From contig CBDIPJ010000002.1 of assembly GCA_965283655.1 (NCBI GenBank), positions 148,506 to 212,505 on the forward strand: a DNA stretch of 64,000 nt, read 5' to 3'. Under the pieces are notes generated by a model. The model made no database searches, was not told the DNA's origin, and saw only the letters and a list, made by a program, of their open reading frames with translations. The DNA comes from Limisphaerales bacterium. GTDB lineage: Bacteria; Verrucomicrobiota; Verrucomicrobiia; Limisphaerales; UBA9464. The position numbers and the translations under genes were made by a program. Shown here piece after piece: positions 1 to 8,404 of this stretch. How positions within the stretch are numbered: position 1 is the first letter of the stretch; each line of letters opens with the position of its first letter.

Positions 1-483
1 GTCGGTCTCGTGAACCAGCACCGCCTTCTCAGCCCCATATTCCAACGGAGATCCCCTCAACTCGACCGACATCATCCGCTCCCCGGCTCCCAGACGAAGG
101 GTCTCAACGACGCCGCCGGTCCCGGTCATCAGCCTTTCCAGCTCTGACGGCATTGCTTCCAGCATGTCCGGCGGAACTCCCCCATGGTCCGCAGCGAGCT
201 TTTCGAAATCGCGCCCATGCAGTTCGCAGGCTGCAGGGTTTGCCGCGAGCAGACGCCCTTGAGCGGATAGGACAAGGAGCGGGACGGGCGCTTTTTCAAA
301 CAGGATCCGGAACCGGTTCATCCCGTCCAATTGCTTCTCGAGCTGCGAGCTGTGCTCGCGAGCCTGCCTCAACGACTCGCCAGCGCCCTGCAATCGCCGC
401 CACAGAAGCCACACGCTGCCAGCGCCAACCACGCACGACAACAACGCCACCCAGAGCCACGGACTTGATGGGGACTCAGGCAT
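1..483 (-). CDS. PAS-domain sensor protein (probable histidine kinase), N-terminal part; the 3' end lies outside the window
   Basis: My own translation of the minus strand from the ATG at comp. 481-483 gives MPESPSSPWLWVALLSCVVGAGSVWLLW (TM helix) followed by NRFRILFEKAPVPLLVLSAQGRLLAANPAACELHG (PAS-like). The frame stays open to position 1, which is why it is absent from the ORF track. It is divergent from a response regulator gene. Confidence 0.6.
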   Translation of the reverse strand, partial: MPESPSSPWLWVALLSCVVGAGSVWLLWRRLQGAGESLRQAREHSSQLEKQLDGMNRFRILFEKAPVPLLVLSAQGRLLAANPAACELHGRDFEKLAADHGGVPPDMLEAMPSELERLMTGTGGVVETLRLGAGERMMSVELRGSPLEYGAEKAVLVHETD

Positions 484-879
484 TTGAAGAGGATTCATCC
501 AGCGGACACCAAGGGTTTACCTCAGCCCCAGCCCCGTCGGAATGAGATTCTTCTCCCGATTCGTGGCCTTCCCCGCCAAGGAAATTGGCCGGTCCAGCGG
601 GTAACGCTGAATCCCTTCCCTCTTCCCCCAAAAAAGAGGAAGCCAGCCGAACCGGCGAACACCCCAATCCCCTGGTTCGCATGCAGCCCAGCTGGCTTCA
701 TCCCCCGATCGAACGTTGGGCAGCCAGATCCGAGACCAAACCCCGCCGCCAAGTCCGCACGCCCGGCACTTCCAGGGCGGCCAGCAAGGGTGCAACCTTC
801 CTGACGACGTCGTTGATACACTTCTCAGCTTCGATTGCGATCATGTGGTCCGGGAATCTGCTGTACAGGAAAGCCGGAC

Positions 880-1659
880 ATGCTAACGATTACCTGTCTC
901 GCGACCTCTCCCCATGGATCGCTCGTCAAAAGGGACATCACTGTGACGGATACAAACAAGTCCACCCCAAAGGCCCGCGTTTACCTCGTCGAGGACCATC
1001 CTGTCGTCCGCGAGTACATCGCCGCCCACGTTCGCGTCGATCTCGGACTTGAAGTCTGCGGCGGTGCTGCCAACACCAAACAGGCGTTCGCGGATGTCCA
1101 GCAGTTGAAGCCCGACCTCGTCATCATCGACCTGAGCCTGACCGATGGTCATGGTTTTGAGCTGATCAAGGATATCGGCCTCATGAGTCCGGCTCCGCGC
1201 ATGCTCGTCTTCTCGGCGCACGACGAAGAGGTGTACGCCGAACGCGTGTTGGAAGCCGGTGCTCTTGGGTACGTCCGGAAGACGGCCTCGGAAGCCGAAC
1301 TGCTTGATGCGATCCGCCGCGTCCTGAACGGTCAGGTCTACCTGAGCGCCTCCATGACCTCCAAGGTCCTGCTGCGCCGCGTCACTCCGCCTCGAGGTGA
1401 TCACCGCTCCCCGATCCAGGCCCTCAGCGATCGCGAACTCCAGGTCTTCGAACTCATCGGAAACGGCCAAAGCACGAAGCAGATTGCCTTCACGCTCGGT
1501 GTCGATGCCAAGACCATCGAAACCTATCGCGCCCGCATCAAGGAGAAGCTCGGCCTGGATTCCGCTCCGGCCCTCATGCGCGCTGCGTTCCAGTGGGTCA
1601 ACCACGGTGCCACACCGGAGGTCGAAGGTTCAGGCGCCTCTCCGTCCGCAGCCCGTTAG
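880..1659 (+). CDS. Two-component response regulator, NarL/FixJ (LuxR-type HTH) family
   Basis: ORF 835-1659. Receiver motifs are VYLVEDHPVV and DLVIIDLSLTDGHG. The C-terminal HTH reads LSDRELQVFELIGNGQSTKQIAFTLGVDAKTIETYRARIKEKLG. The start is ambiguous: ATG at 880 or GTG at 943. Confidence 0.9.
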   Translation: MLTITCLATSPHGSLVKRDITVTDTNKSTPKARVYLVEDHPVVREYIAAHVRVDLGLEVCGGAANTKQAFADVQQLKPDLVIIDLSLTDGHGFELIKDIGLMSPAPRMLVFSAHDEEVYAERVLEAGALGYVRKTASEAELLDAIRRVLNGQVYLSASMTSKVLLRRVTPPRGDHRSPIQALSDRELQVFELIGNGQSTKQIAFTLGVDAKTIETYRARIKEKLGLDSAPALMRAAFQWVNHGATPEVEGSGASPSAAR

Positions 1660-1729
1660 CCTTCGCTACGCAACCCGTTCCCGCTGCCGGGTCCCTCACC
1701 GGACTCCACCAGCCCTCCAGCCCACCGGA

Positions 1730-2719
1730 TCATTTCCCGGTGGGTTTTGGCTTCCAGAGGATCTCGACGTCCATTTCCTTGCGCAACCGCGCGAGGTATT
1801 CGGCGATCCGCGGCGGCGCTTCCCGTTGCAGCAAGACGGCACGAATGTCCTCTTCCACCCGTTCGATCGGAATCCGACGCGCGGGAATCCGCTCCAGGAC
1901 CTGCACGAGATGACAGGCGCCACCGGCTTCGATGACGTTTCCCAGCTTCCCGGGTTCCACACGAAAAACCTCCGACTCCAATTCCAGGGGCAACTCGCCA
2001 CGAACTGATCGGCGTTCACCACCCGTCGCGCGCCCCGGATGCGCGGCAGCCACTTCCTTGACGAGGGCGGCAAAGTCCTTTCCCCGCTCCAACTGGGCAC
2101 GCCATCCATCGAACTGTCGCCGCTCGGCAGCAGTGGCCTCCACAGACGCCGCCCCTGCGGAAGCCCATTGGAGATGGAGGTAGCGCACCGCCGCGGGCTC
2201 AATCCATTTGTCCATGTTGGCCTCGTAATGGGCACGGACATCCTGGGTCGGAATCCGGATCGTCCCCTTGACCTCCCGGTCGATGACAGCCGTTACCAGG
2301 GACTCCGCCAGCTTCTCCGCTTCAAATTCCGCCTCGGTATATCCAGCCCGCTTCAACAGTCCGATGAAGGCCGTCTCGCCCTGACGCTGACGCAGACCGG
2401 CGATGAACTTCCGGGACTCAATCCGGGCCAGCGCCCGATCTGCCTCCTCCGCCCGTGCCGTACACAACCGGAAGAGCAGCAACCGCTCCAGATACTGCTC
2501 CCGCAATCCATCCAACTGCACTTCGGTGAGCACCTGCCCGCGATGCAGGGACTCCGTCCGGAAACGTTCCACTCCCCGCTCGAGTTCCGAGCGCCGGATC
2601 TCCACCCCGCGCCCCCGGACCACCAGTTCTTCCGCGGCAATGCCACCCCAGCAGGCCACCGAAACGGCCAGCAACCACCACACACGCCACACACCCATTC
2701 GCTTCAAGGGTCGGATCAC
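1730..2719 (-). CDS. Peptidyl-prolyl cis-trans isomerase, SurA/PrsA-like (parvulin type), secreted
   Basis: 329-aa ORF with signal-like WRVWWLLAVSVACWGG, a SurA-like helical N-terminal part and a rotamase-like segment (ELPLELESEVFRVEPGKLGNVIEAGGACHLVQVLE). An alternative ATG start lies at 2698. Confidence 0.7.
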   Translation of the reverse strand: MIRPLKRMGVWRVWWLLAVSVACWGGIAAEELVVRGRGVEIRRSELERGVERFRTESLHRGQVLTEVQLDGLREQYLERLLLFRLCTARAEEADRALARIESRKFIAGLRQRQGETAFIGLLKRAGYTEAEFEAEKLAESLVTAVIDREVKGTIRIPTQDVRAHYEANMDKWIEPAAVRYLHLQWASAGAASVEATAAERRQFDGWRAQLERGKDFAALVKEVAAAHPGRATGGERRSVRGELPLELESEVFRVEPGKLGNVIEAGGACHLVQVLERIPARRIPIERVEEDIRAVLLQREAPPRIAEYLARLRKEMDVEILWKPKPTGK

Positions 2720-2849
2720 TTCCGGATCCTATCGGACGCCCCCCCATGAACGCAACCGACCCCTCGGCTTCCCGCCTCCGATTCCACGCTTTTGTTCCAT
2801 TCGCCGCCTTTCGGCTCGCCTGCCGGCCACAGCCCGGTAACCAGTCCCC

Positions 2850-3077
2850 ATGACCGACACGGAATCCGAGATCCTCAAGACCTTGCGACAGTTGGAAACC
2901 GAAGCCGCCCAACGCGGAAATGTCCTGCCTCTGCTGCAATCCCTCGATTCCCTGACCCGGGCGCTGCCCAAGGACGCCGATCCCGACCTGCTCCATTACC
3001 TGCACAAACGCTCTTACGAAAAGGCCCGTATCCATCTCGAGGGCGCCCAGCCTGATCCCGGCACCTGTCCGCACTGA
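2850..3077 (+). CDS. Hypothetical small protein (75 aa)
   Basis: ATG-initiated ORF lying 9 nt upstream of mnmE on the same strand. Third codon positions are G/C rich. I did not recognise the family. Confidence 0.45.
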   Translation: MTDTESEILKTLRQLETEAAQRGNVLPLLQSLDSLTRALPKDADPDLLHYLHKRSYEKARIHLEGAQPDPGTCPH

Positions 3078-3086
3078 ACCCGCCTC

Positions 3087-4460
3087 ATGAATCCCTCGGA
3101 CACCATCGCCGCCGTTGCCACGCCACCCGGAAATGGGGGGCTTGCCGTGCTCCGCATTTCCGGTCCTGCAGCCTTCGCCGTCGCGGACGCCTGTTTTCAT
3201 CCCGGTGCTGCCAACAGCCCAAAACCTTCGGGTGCCGCCTCCCATACCGTCCACTACGGACACGTCCGTAACGGAAACACAGTCGTGGACGAAGTCCTTC
3301 TCTCGGTGTTTCGCAGGCCGCGGAGTTTCACGGGGGAGGACACGGTGGAAATCGGATGCCATGGCGGAAGCCTCATCACCCGCCAGGTGCTCCATGCCGT
3401 GCTCTTGGCGGGTGCACGCCATGCCGAACCCGGCGAGTTCACCCGCCGCGCATTCCTCAATGGTCGCCTCGACCTGACACAGGCGGAGGCGGTCGCCGAC
3501 CTCATCCACGCCCGCACCGAACTCGCCGCAACGGCGGCGAATGCCCAGCTCGCCGGCCATCTTGCCCGACAGATCGACCGCCTTCGCGACGACCTCATGG
3601 GCGTCCTCACCCATGTCGAAGCCCACCTCGACTTTCCGGATGAAGACATCCGCCCGGAGACCAATCGGCAACTCCTCGACCGCCTCGATCGCGCGGTAGC
3701 CTTCTGCGGGCGTCTGCTGCGGACCGCACGGGAGGGACGCCTCCTCCGCTCCGGTGCACGCGCCGCCCTCGTCGGCCTTCCGAATGCAGGCAAATCCAGC
3801 CTCCTGAACCTGCTCCTGGGTCACGACCGGGCCATTGTCTCCCCGGTTGCCGGCACCACCCGGGATACCATCGAGGAAGCTGCCGACATCGGCGGCTATC
3901 CCGTGGTCTTTGTCGACACCGCCGGGCTCCGGCATGCCCACGATCCAATCGAAGCCGAGGGAATCCGGCGCAGCGGTGAAGCCGCCCGCCTGGCCGACCT
4001 CCTCCTCGAGGTCGTCGATCTCTCCGAACCGCCGCCAACCACGCTCCCCTTCGAACTGGACGCCATCCCGCCGAACCGACGCATCAGGGTGGGCAACAAG
4101 TGTGACCTGCCCCGCGACCCCGGTTGGGACAAAGGCACGGACACGCCCGTGCTGCGCATCAGTTGTCAGTCGGGCGAAGGCATCCCCGAACTCCGGGAAG
4201 CCCTGCGCCGGCAGCTTCTTTCCGGGGATGAAAGCGTTGAGTCTGCTGGCATCGCCATCAATGCCCGCCATCAGGACGCCCTGCGCCGGACCTCGGATGC
4301 CATCGCCCGGGCGCGCTCCGCGCTCGCCAGCCAGATCGCCCTCGATCTCGTGGCCCTCGACCTCCGCATCGCCGTCGGGGCCATTGGGGAGATTGTCGGA
4401 AAGACGACCACGGAAGACCTGCTCGACCGGATCTTCAGCACCTTCTGCCTGGGGAAGTAG
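3087..4460 (+). CDS. mnmE: tRNA uridine-5-carboxymethylaminomethyl modification GTPase MnmE
   Basis: 457 aa. N-terminal DTIAAVATPPGNGGLAVLRISG, G domain GLPNAGKSSLLN ... DTAG ... NKCD, and the diagnostic C-terminal FCLGK. Confidence 0.95.
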   Translation: MNPSDTIAAVATPPGNGGLAVLRISGPAAFAVADACFHPGAANSPKPSGAASHTVHYGHVRNGNTVVDEVLLSVFRRPRSFTGEDTVEIGCHGGSLITRQVLHAVLLAGARHAEPGEFTRRAFLNGRLDLTQAEAVADLIHARTELAATAANAQLAGHLARQIDRLRDDLMGVLTHVEAHLDFPDEDIRPETNRQLLDRLDRAVAFCGRLLRTAREGRLLRSGARAALVGLPNAGKSSLLNLLLGHDRAIVSPVAGTTRDTIEEAADIGGYPVVFVDTAGLRHAHDPIEAEGIRRSGEAARLADLLLEVVDLSEPPPTTLPFELDAIPPNRRIRVGNKCDLPRDPGWDKGTDTPVLRISCQSGEGIPELREALRRQLLSGDESVESAGIAINARHQDALRRTSDAIARARSALASQIALDLVALDLRIAVGAIGEIVGKTTTEDLLDRIFSTFCLGK

Positions 4461-4478
4461 GCCGGCGAAAAAGAAAAA

Positions 4479-4508
4479 GGGCGCCCGCACACGCGTGCGG
4501 AGCGCCCC
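4479..4508. terminator. Probable bidirectional intrinsic terminator between convergent mnmE and the ferredoxin gene
   Basis: GC-rich hairpin gggcgcccgcac-ac-gcgtgcggagcgccc. It is flanked by an A-run on the left (aaaaagaaaaa, which is a U-run for the minus transcript) and by ctgtttgcccttt on the right. Confidence 0.55.
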
Positions 4509-4532
4509 TGTTTGCCCTTTGGCGAAACCGGA

Positions 4533-4763
4533 TCAGCCGTTGTTTCCGATGGCTTCCACCGGGCAACCCTCCATGGCCTCCTTGCAGGCGGCCTCTTCCT
4601 CGGGGGTCTCGGGCTGCTTGTAAACGTACGAGTACCCGCCGTCGTCGTAGCGGGTGTAATTCTTCGGGGCCGTTTCACGGCACAGGTCACAATCAATGCA
4701 CTGATTGTCGACGAAGTACTTGCCGGTGATATTCTGAGAGTAGCGGTTTGCCAAGTCTGCCAT
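4533..4763 (-). CDS. 4Fe-4S ferredoxin (small, single cluster)
   Basis: 76 aa with CIDCDLCRETAP ... EGCPVEAI, the cysteine pattern of small bacterial ferredoxins. Confidence 0.8.
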   Translation of the reverse strand: MADLANRYSQNITGKYFVDNQCIDCDLCRETAPKNYTRYDDGGYSYVYKQPETPEEEAACKEAMEGCPVEAIGNNG

Positions 4764-4912
4764 AGGCTGGTGTCAGTATGTGACCGCGGATTTATGCTTT
4801 CGGCCACCCGGAGTCGCAAGTGGCATTTTCCGCAACACGCCAATCCCAGCATGCACGCATCGCAATTGACGGGTTGAAATGATCCCGACTCACCCCCAAT
4901 TTGAGTGCAGCC

Positions 4913-5263
4913 ATGAAGTTCATTTTGTCGACGCACAATGTCACACTGACCGATGCCATTGAGCAGCACGTGCTCGAGAAGTTGGAAAAGCTCGAACACA
5001 TCGACCGCTGGCTCCTCGATGCACGGGTCACCCTCGAGAAGGACCACACCGCCCACTCCCCCGAGAAGCAGTTCAAGTGCGGTATCCGCGTCGGTATCCG
5101 CGGCAACGACCTCTACGCCGAAGACCGCAGCGCCGATCTCTACGCCGCGGTCGACGCCACTATCAAGAAGCTCGAAGGCCAGATCCGTCGCAAGCACAGC
5201 AAGTCCAAGGCTGCCACCCACAAGGTGGCGGCCCGGACCAAGGAAGCGCGCCGCAGCGCCTGA
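4913..5263 (+). CDS. hpf: Ribosome hibernation promoting factor (HPF/RaiA family)
   Basis: MKFILSTHNVTLTDAIEQHVLEKLEKLEHI ... DLYAAVDATIKKLEGQIRRKH is the typical HPF/sigma-54 modulation protein fold sequence. The ATG is at 4913, inside ORF 4901-5263. Confidence 0.9.
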   Translation: MKFILSTHNVTLTDAIEQHVLEKLEKLEHIDRWLLDARVTLEKDHTAHSPEKQFKCGIRVGIRGNDLYAEDRSADLYAAVDATIKKLEGQIRRKHSKSKAATHKVAARTKEARRSA

Positions 5264-5302
5264 TCCCCACCCCACCCCACCCACCCACCCAACGTCCAAC
5301 CA

Positions 5303-5330
5303 GGCGGGCCCCACGGCCCGCCTTCTTTCT
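5303..5330 (+). terminator. Rho-independent terminator after hpf
   Basis: Perfect 8-bp stem ggcgggcc / ggcccgcc with loop ccac, followed by ttctttct. Confidence 0.7.
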
Positions 5331-5369
5331 ATTCAAGGCCCTCCGTCCACCCTCCTCCGCGCACGCCAC

Positions 5370-6617
5370 GTGCTCCCCGTGGCGTCCCCTCCGATTCCCA
5401 ACGGAGCCGTCCGCATCACCGACGGCCGCATTCGTTGGGTCGGGCCCTGGCATGAGGCAGACCCGTCACGCTCCGATCTCCGCGTGGATCTGGGTGACGC
5501 AGTTCTCCTCCCTGGCCTCGTCAACGCCCATTGCCACCTCGACTACACCCAACTCCGGGGTCTGCTCGCCCCGCCGCGTTCCTTCCCCGATTGGATCAAG
5601 GCCATCCTCGCCGCCAAGGCCGCCTGGTCCGACGACGACTTCGCCCGTTCATGGAAGGACGGCGCCACCCAACTCCTGCGTTACGGCACCACCACCGTCG
5701 CCAACATCGAGACGCAGACGTCCGCCCTCGCCAGCCTCCGCTCCTTCACGCCGCTCCGGCTCCACTCCTTCCTCGAGCTCACCGGCGTCCGACTCCGCCG
5801 CCCTCCCGCAACGCTCGTCGACGAGGCGGAGGCCCTGCTGAACTCGCTGCCCGACCACCCCGGGGGTGTCGGCCTTTCCCCACACGCCCCCTACTCCACC
5901 GTTCCGGAACTCCTCTCGGAAGCCGCCACCCGTGCCCGCCGCCATCGCTGGCGCCTCACCACGCACCTCGCCGAATCCCGCGAGGAGTTCGAGATGTTCA
6001 TGTACCGGCGCGGCCCCATGCACGACTGGCTCCACAACCAGCGACCCGATGCGGACTGCGGCATCGGTTCCCCCATCCAGCATGCGGAACGTCACGGTCT
6101 TCTCGGCCCGGACTTCCTCGCCGTCCACGTCAACTACCTCTGGGACGATGACGCCCGCATCCTCGCCTCACACGGATGCTCCGTCGTCCACTGCCCACGC
6201 TCCCACGCCTACTTCCGACACCAGCGGTTTCCCTCGAGGATCCTTGCCGGCGCGGGAATCAACCTCTGCCTTGGGACCGACTCCCTCGCGAGCACCCGCG
6301 TGGGAACCGGCGCAGCTCCCGAACTCTCGATGTTCTCCGAGATGGCCGCCTACGCCGCTCACGACAACACCATCAGTCCGGCCGACATCCTGAGGCTCTC
6401 CACGATCAACGGCGCGCGGGCGCTGGGACTGGAACAGGAACTGGGTTCGCTGGCACCCGGCCTCCGCGCGGACCTGTGCGCCATATCGGTCCACGCCGCC
6501 AACGATGAGATTGAGGATGCAATCATCCACCACACAGGTCCCGCACTGGCCACCTGGATCGAAGGGACTCCGGTGTGGAGCCTGCCCGGCGTCCCCTGCC
6601 TGATTCCGGAAAAGTGA
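5370..6617 (+). CDS. Amidohydrolase-family metallo-hydrolase (chlorohydrolase/deaminase-like)
   Basis: C-terminal two thirds of ORF 4953-6617: ITDGRIRWVG, LLPGLVNAHCHLDY (HxH metal motif) and GTDSLAS. The part of that ORF upstream of the hpf terminator is non-coding. The proposed GTG start at 5370 is in frame but uncertain. Confidence 0.8.
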   Translation: MLPVASPPIPNGAVRITDGRIRWVGPWHEADPSRSDLRVDLGDAVLLPGLVNAHCHLDYTQLRGLLAPPRSFPDWIKAILAAKAAWSDDDFARSWKDGATQLLRYGTTTVANIETQTSALASLRSFTPLRLHSFLELTGVRLRRPPATLVDEAEALLNSLPDHPGGVGLSPHAPYSTVPELLSEAATRARRHRWRLTTHLAESREEFEMFMYRRGPMHDWLHNQRPDADCGIGSPIQHAERHGLLGPDFLAVHVNYLWDDDARILASHGCSVVHCPRSHAYFRHQRFPSRILAGAGINLCLGTDSLASTRVGTGAAPELSMFSEMAAYAAHDNTISPADILRLSTINGARALGLEQELGSLAPGLRADLCAISVHAANDEIEDAIIHHTGPALATWIEGTPVWSLPGVPCLIPEK

Positions 6618-7342
6618 AGCCGACCAATCCCCAGCGCACGGTGGTGATCACGGGCGCCGCCGGCACCCTGGGCCGTGCCGTCGCCGCTGAATGCCTGGGC
6701 GCCGGGTGGATCGTCTACGCCGGCCAGCATCGAAGCCCATGCCCATTGGAACACCCCAACCTCCACACGGTCCCACTCGACGTCACCAATCCGGTCGCGT
6801 GGGAAGGACTGGCCGCCACGTTGGCCTCGCACATTCCCCATCTCGACGCCCTCATCCACAGCGCCGGCATCGCCCGGGATCGACTGCTCGCCCAAGCCAC
6901 CGTGCAGGACTGGGACGAAACCATTGCCACGAACGTGGGCGCCGTCGCACAGGGCACGCGCGCCTTGCTGCCCTTGCTCAAACGGGCCCCCGTTCCCCAC
7001 GTCCTTTGCATCTCCAGCCTGGCGAGCCGATCAGGTGGTGCAGGCCAGTCCGCGTACGCCGCTTCCAAGGCCGCGCTCAACGGCCTCGCGACTTCCCTTG
7101 CCCGCGAACTCGCCCCTGATGGAATCCGCGTCAACACCCTGTTCCCCGGCGCGCTCGTGGGAACGATGACCGGCAACCTCTCGCCATCGGCGCGTGATCA
7201 GCTCGTCTCCGCCAACCTGCTCGGAACCCTCAACGAGCCGGGCGAAGTGGCGCGCTTCGCCACGTTCCTCCTCTCCACACGCCAGATCTCGGGTCAGGTG
7301 TTCAACCTCGATTCCCGCATCGTCCCGGGCTTCGCCTCCTGA
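6614..7342 (+). CDS. SDR-family oxidoreductase (3-oxoacyl-ACP reductase-like)
   Basis: VVITGAAGTLG (TGxxxGxG), SSLASRSG and YAASKAAL (YxxxK). GTG at 6614 overlaps the upstream stop (GTGA), which suggests translational coupling. Confidence 0.85.
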   Translation: MKPTNPQRTVVITGAAGTLGRAVAAECLGAGWIVYAGQHRSPCPLEHPNLHTVPLDVTNPVAWEGLAATLASHIPHLDALIHSAGIARDRLLAQATVQDWDETIATNVGAVAQGTRALLPLLKRAPVPHVLCISSLASRSGGAGQSAYAASKAALNGLATSLARELAPDGIRVNTLFPGALVGTMTGNLSPSARDQLVSANLLGTLNEPGEVARFATFLLSTRQISGQVFNLDSRIVPGFAS

Positions 7343-8195
7343 CCGGCCAGCTCCCGCGCCAGTTGCCCCCCGGGATCCCCTTCCTCCGCGTCTCCCGCGC
7401 CTCCAGATACGATCCCCAGCAATGGCCCATGCTCGCCTTCATGTCCGCCCAACCCACCCGACCCAGCCCCGCATACAACAGCAGCTTGCCCGCACGGATG
7501 CCCAAGCCTGACAACCGAGGTTGGTGCACCTCGAGATAACGGTGGGTCACCTGGTAATCGATGCGCCCCTTGTAGACGAACGCACCCCACGAACGCTTGA
7601 ACCGGTAATAGACTTCGGCCGCATGCACCGCCGCCAGCGTGTGGCCCGCGACGATCGCCCAAACATACCACTCGCAGTCCTCACCTCCGCCCAACGCCTC
7701 ATCAAACGGGCGCGCCTGCCAGACATCACGCCGGTAGAGGCAGTTCGGGTTGCCCGCCCCGAATTCGAATCCACGCAGGAAGTCGGCGCCCTCGTACAAC
7801 GTGATTCCTCCGGTCATTCCGCGCTCGCCGTCGCTGCGGACCAAGGGCCCGGCGGCCGCCACCACACCCGCAGGGAACCGGCGGATCGCCGCCCGGTACA
7901 CATCCAGGAAATCGGGCCGCACCGGCACCACGTGCGAACTCAGTGCCAGGATCCAGGGATGCCGTGCCACCGCAAAACCCACGTTCAGCGAACGCCCGTA
8001 GCTGAACTGCTTCGGCTCCAGCGTCACCACCTCCGCACCCGCAGCACGCGCCACCTCCAGCGTCCCATCCGACGACCCCGAGTCGACCACGATCAACTGA
8101 TCCCCCGGGCGCCGCGGCATTCCGGCCAGCAGGTCCCGGAACTGCGGCGCCGCATTCAACGTCCGCACCACGATGCTCAGCGGCTGATCAACCAT
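7302..8195 (-). CDS. Family 2 glycosyltransferase
   Basis: MVDQPLSIVVRTLNAAPQFRDLL ... LIVVDSGSSDGT ... the GT-A fold signature. The ATG at 8195 lies inside ORF 7302-8219. The 3' end overlaps the convergent SDR gene by 41 bp. Confidence 0.85.
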   Translation of the reverse strand: MVDQPLSIVVRTLNAAPQFRDLLAGMPRRPGDQLIVVDSGSSDGTLEVARAAGAEVVTLEPKQFSYGRSLNVGFAVARHPWILALSSHVVPVRPDFLDVYRAAIRRFPAGVVAAAGPLVRSDGERGMTGGITLYEGADFLRGFEFGAGNPNCLYRRDVWQARPFDEALGGGEDCEWYVWAIVAGHTLAAVHAAEVYYRFKRSWGAFVYKGRIDYQVTHRYLEVHQPRLSGLGIRAGKLLLYAGLGRVGWADMKASMGHCWGSYLEARETRRKGIPGGNWRGSWPVRRRSPGRCGNRG

Positions 8196-8261
8196 GAAGC
8201 CCCATGCAACCCCGCCCACCCCCGCCTTGGCAACCCCGGCTTCACGAAGCAGGTCCTGTTT

Positions 8262-8404
8262 GCAGGCCGCGTGCCCCCACGCGGTGCATCCCGGACCCCG
8301 CCGGGTGAGGACACCCGGCCTTCAATAACCACTCCCAAGTGAAGGCCGCGTGCCCCCACGCGGCGCAGGCTTCAAACTTGAATCTTCAAACTTGAAACTC
8401 CCCC
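8262..8404. repeat. Cluster of REP-like GC-rich palindromes plus a gaaact-type short repeat
   Basis: Three elements: gcaggccgcgtgcccccacgcggtgc (8262-8287), an inverted variant ccgccgggtgaggacacccggccttca (8300-8326) and gtgaaggccgcgtgcccccacgcggcgcagg (8339-8369). These are followed by cttcaaacttgaatcttcaaacttgaaactcccc. Confidence 0.8.

Noticed and set aside
2418-4490. 690-aa minus-strand ORF
   Set aside because: It lies antisense to mnmE, which has unambiguous G-domain and FCLGK signatures. There are no motifs in the antisense frame.
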